Source of the DNA: Phycisphaerales bacterium
GTDB taxonomy: Bacteria > Planctomycetota > Phycisphaerae > Sedimentisphaerales > Anaerobacaceae
Reading direction: 5' to 3'
Assembly: GCA_020352215.1 (NCBI GenBank)
Contig: CP070675.1
Coordinates: 4,626,137 to 4,690,136 of the forward strand
DNA length: 64,000 bases
Below the pieces are notes generated by a model, which was not told the origin of the DNA, did not search any database, and saw only the letters and a list, made by a program, of their open reading frames with translations. Each line of letters opens with the position of its first letter. Position 1 is the stretch's first letter. Shown here piece after piece: positions 62,532 to 64,000 of the stretch. The position numbers and the translations under genes are program-made.

Positions 62532-64000
62532 ATGCGAACCGACACTTCTTTCCGAATGGTAGCCCACGTAGTAGTCGTGGTTGCTTTGACGAGTAGCGGG
62601 CTTGCGGGCCGGGGGGGTACGGATACTGGCGAGGTCTCAGTTACCGTGCACGAGCCTGAGAGCCGGACTCCGCTGCCATGTCGCGTCTGGGTGACTGTGG
62701 GCGGGCAGCGCGTCTTCAATCCTGTTGGCGAGTCCTGCATCCCGTACGCGAAAGACCGGAGTTTTTCGTGCGACGGCCGGTTCACGATCAATGTGCCGGC
62801 GGGTGAAGCCGTGATTCACGTCGAGCGGGGCAAGGAGTACCTGCCGGTCGAGAAGCAGATTATCGTCAGCCAAGGTCAAAAGATCGAGGTGGACATCGCC
62901 CTCAAACGCTGGGTCAATATGGCCGAGGAGGGCTGGTACTCGGGCGATCTGCATTGCCACTTCGGGGTCGGCGATCTGGCGGTGTTGAAGCAGTTGGCGC
63001 TGGCGGATGATGTAAACTTCGAGCCTGTCTCGACTCTTTGGAACCACCAGCGAAGCAGCCTATCGGATAAGGTTTGGCCCGACTGGCCTACGGGGCCCAG
63101 CGTATACGCTGACAAAACGCACTTAGTTACACTGCGGAACGAGGAGATCGAGCGGATAGGTGGCGGGCCATTCGAGTCCATCGGGGCTTTGCTGATGTTC
63201 GGACTCAGCAGGCCCGTGGAAATGCCTCTGCGAAACGGCAGACATCCCTGTGATGCAGTATTGGGTCAATTTGCCAAGAGCAACTCGCCCGAGTGCGTAA
63301 TCGATACGGACAAGCCGATATGGGGCCAGAACGTAGTTGGCGTGGCGTTGGGCTTGTTCGATTGCGTCCAGGTATGTCACAACCACTACCATCGTGAGGC
63401 CACCATCCCGGTCGGCTGGGGAATGGCCGCTCCCGACATCGAAGATAGAAATGAGGACTGGGACGCCGATGAGCTATTCTGGCGGACGAACCTGACCTAC
63501 TATCGCTTTTTGAATTGCGGCTTCAAGCTCGCCGCGACGGGGGGCTCTGCTATGGGGGTCATGCCCGTGCCTCTCGGCTACAATAGGACATACGCCAAGT
63601 TGAACGGCCCCCTCACCGAAGCCAACTATCTCGCGGCTATCCGCGCCGGCCGCACCTTCGCAACCAGCGGGCCCATCCTTATCTTGACAGCAAACGGCTT
63701 CGACTGCGGGTCCGAGATCCAATGCTCAGCCGACACGGGCAAACCGATCGTCGTCAAAGCGAGACTCCGAAGCAGCCAGCCAATCGATTCACTCGAAGTT
63801 ATCCACAATGGCAACGTGATCGAGAAGGTCGATTTGAGAAGCCTCCGCGTTACGCGTGCTTGGGAGAAGTCAATCACGTTGAAGCTCAACCCGGAGCGCA
63901 GCGGCTGGGTGGCTGCCCGAGCCATCTTTACTGCTCCTGATGGGCATCTGCGCCAGGCCCACACCAGCCCGGTATATATCACGGTAGATGCCAAGCCGAC
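62532..64000 (+). CDS. CehA/McbA-like (PHP-type) metallohydrolase-family protein; 3' end outside the window
   Basis: Own translation from the ATG at 62532. A hydrophobic signal (VAHVVVVVALTSSGLAG) is followed by a beta-sandwich-like N-domain, then GWYSGDLHCHF and HNHYH metal-ligand-like motifs. The frame stays open to the window edge. It is absent from the ORF track because it has no stop. Confidence 0.6.
   Translation, partial: MRTDTSFRMVAHVVVVVALTSSGLAGRGGTDTGEVSVTVHEPESRTPLPCRVWVTVGGQRVFNPVGESCIPYAKDRSFSCDGRFTINVPAGEAVIHVERGKEYLPVEKQIIVSQGQKIEVDIALKRWVNMAEEGWYSGDLHCHFGVGDLAVLKQLALADDVNFEPVSTLWNHQRSSLSDKVWPDWPTGPSVYADKTHLVTLRNEEIERIGGGPFESIGALLMFGLSRPVEMPLRNGRHPCDAVLGQFAKSNSPECVIDTDKPIWGQNVVGVALGLFDCVQVCHNHYHREATIPVGWGMAAPDIEDRNEDWDADELFWRTNLTYYRFLNCGFKLAATGGSAMGVMPVPLGYNRTYAKLNGPLTEANYLAAIRAGRTFATSGPILILTANGFDCGSEIQCSADTGKPIVVKARLRSSQPIDSLEVIHNGNVIEKVDLRSLRVTRAWEKSITLKLNPERSGWVAARAIFTAPDGHLRQAHTSPVYITVDAKP

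Overview
Densely coding 64-kb window of moderately high GC. I saw no rRNA, tRNA, CRISPR array, transposase or integrase. The gene content suggests a PVC/Planctomycetota-like anaerobe, but that is inference only: a dockerin/lamin-tail/CotH giant exoprotein, HAF-repeat PEP-CTERM proteins, a PQQ-like propeller and a CehA-like hydrolase.

Layout:
- (1) 1-12.9 kb, minus strand: a co-oriented respiratory cluster. It holds a response regulator, a RegB-like kinase, a 10-haem NapC/NirT-type membrane cytochrome, an unknown protein, a 13-haem cytochrome, a thioredoxin-fold/TPR protein, a 4-haem cytochrome, an NHL-propeller lipoprotein, a 5-haem cytochrome and a beta-barrel-like lipoprotein. I read it as a candidate non-canonical trans-envelope electron conduit.
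- (2) 13.2-18.7 kb, same strand: nqrABCDEF. Its NqrA keeps two complete RnfC-type 4Fe-4S motifs.
- (3) 19.3-32.6 kb: tetrapyrrole genes, namely cobA-hemD behind a promoter/leader/terminator element, two NirJ/Ahb-type radical-SAM genes, hemA, a hemX-like gene and hemC. Interleaved are an ECF sigma factor, a GNAT, a decayed membrane-hydrolase pseudogene, an Rrf2 regulator and a second RegB-like kinase with a sigma54 activator.
- (4) 32.7-43.6 kb: a beta-propeller/di-haem peroxidase, a 2110-aa surface protein and two tandem HAF/PEP-CTERM paralogues.
- (5) 43.6-45.0 kb: a low-coding stretch with an arsR-family gene flanked by related palindromic sites, an 80-bp tandem repeat and an unexplained array of ACAAAGCCAA motifs.
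- (6) 45-64 kb: oxidoreductases and glycoside hydrolases, a self-contained molybdo-hydroxylase cluster, a GH32 enzyme, a PD-(D/E)xK-like gene split by an in-frame TAA, and a partial CehA-like gene.

All functional calls rest on motif recognition by eye. No database search was possible.
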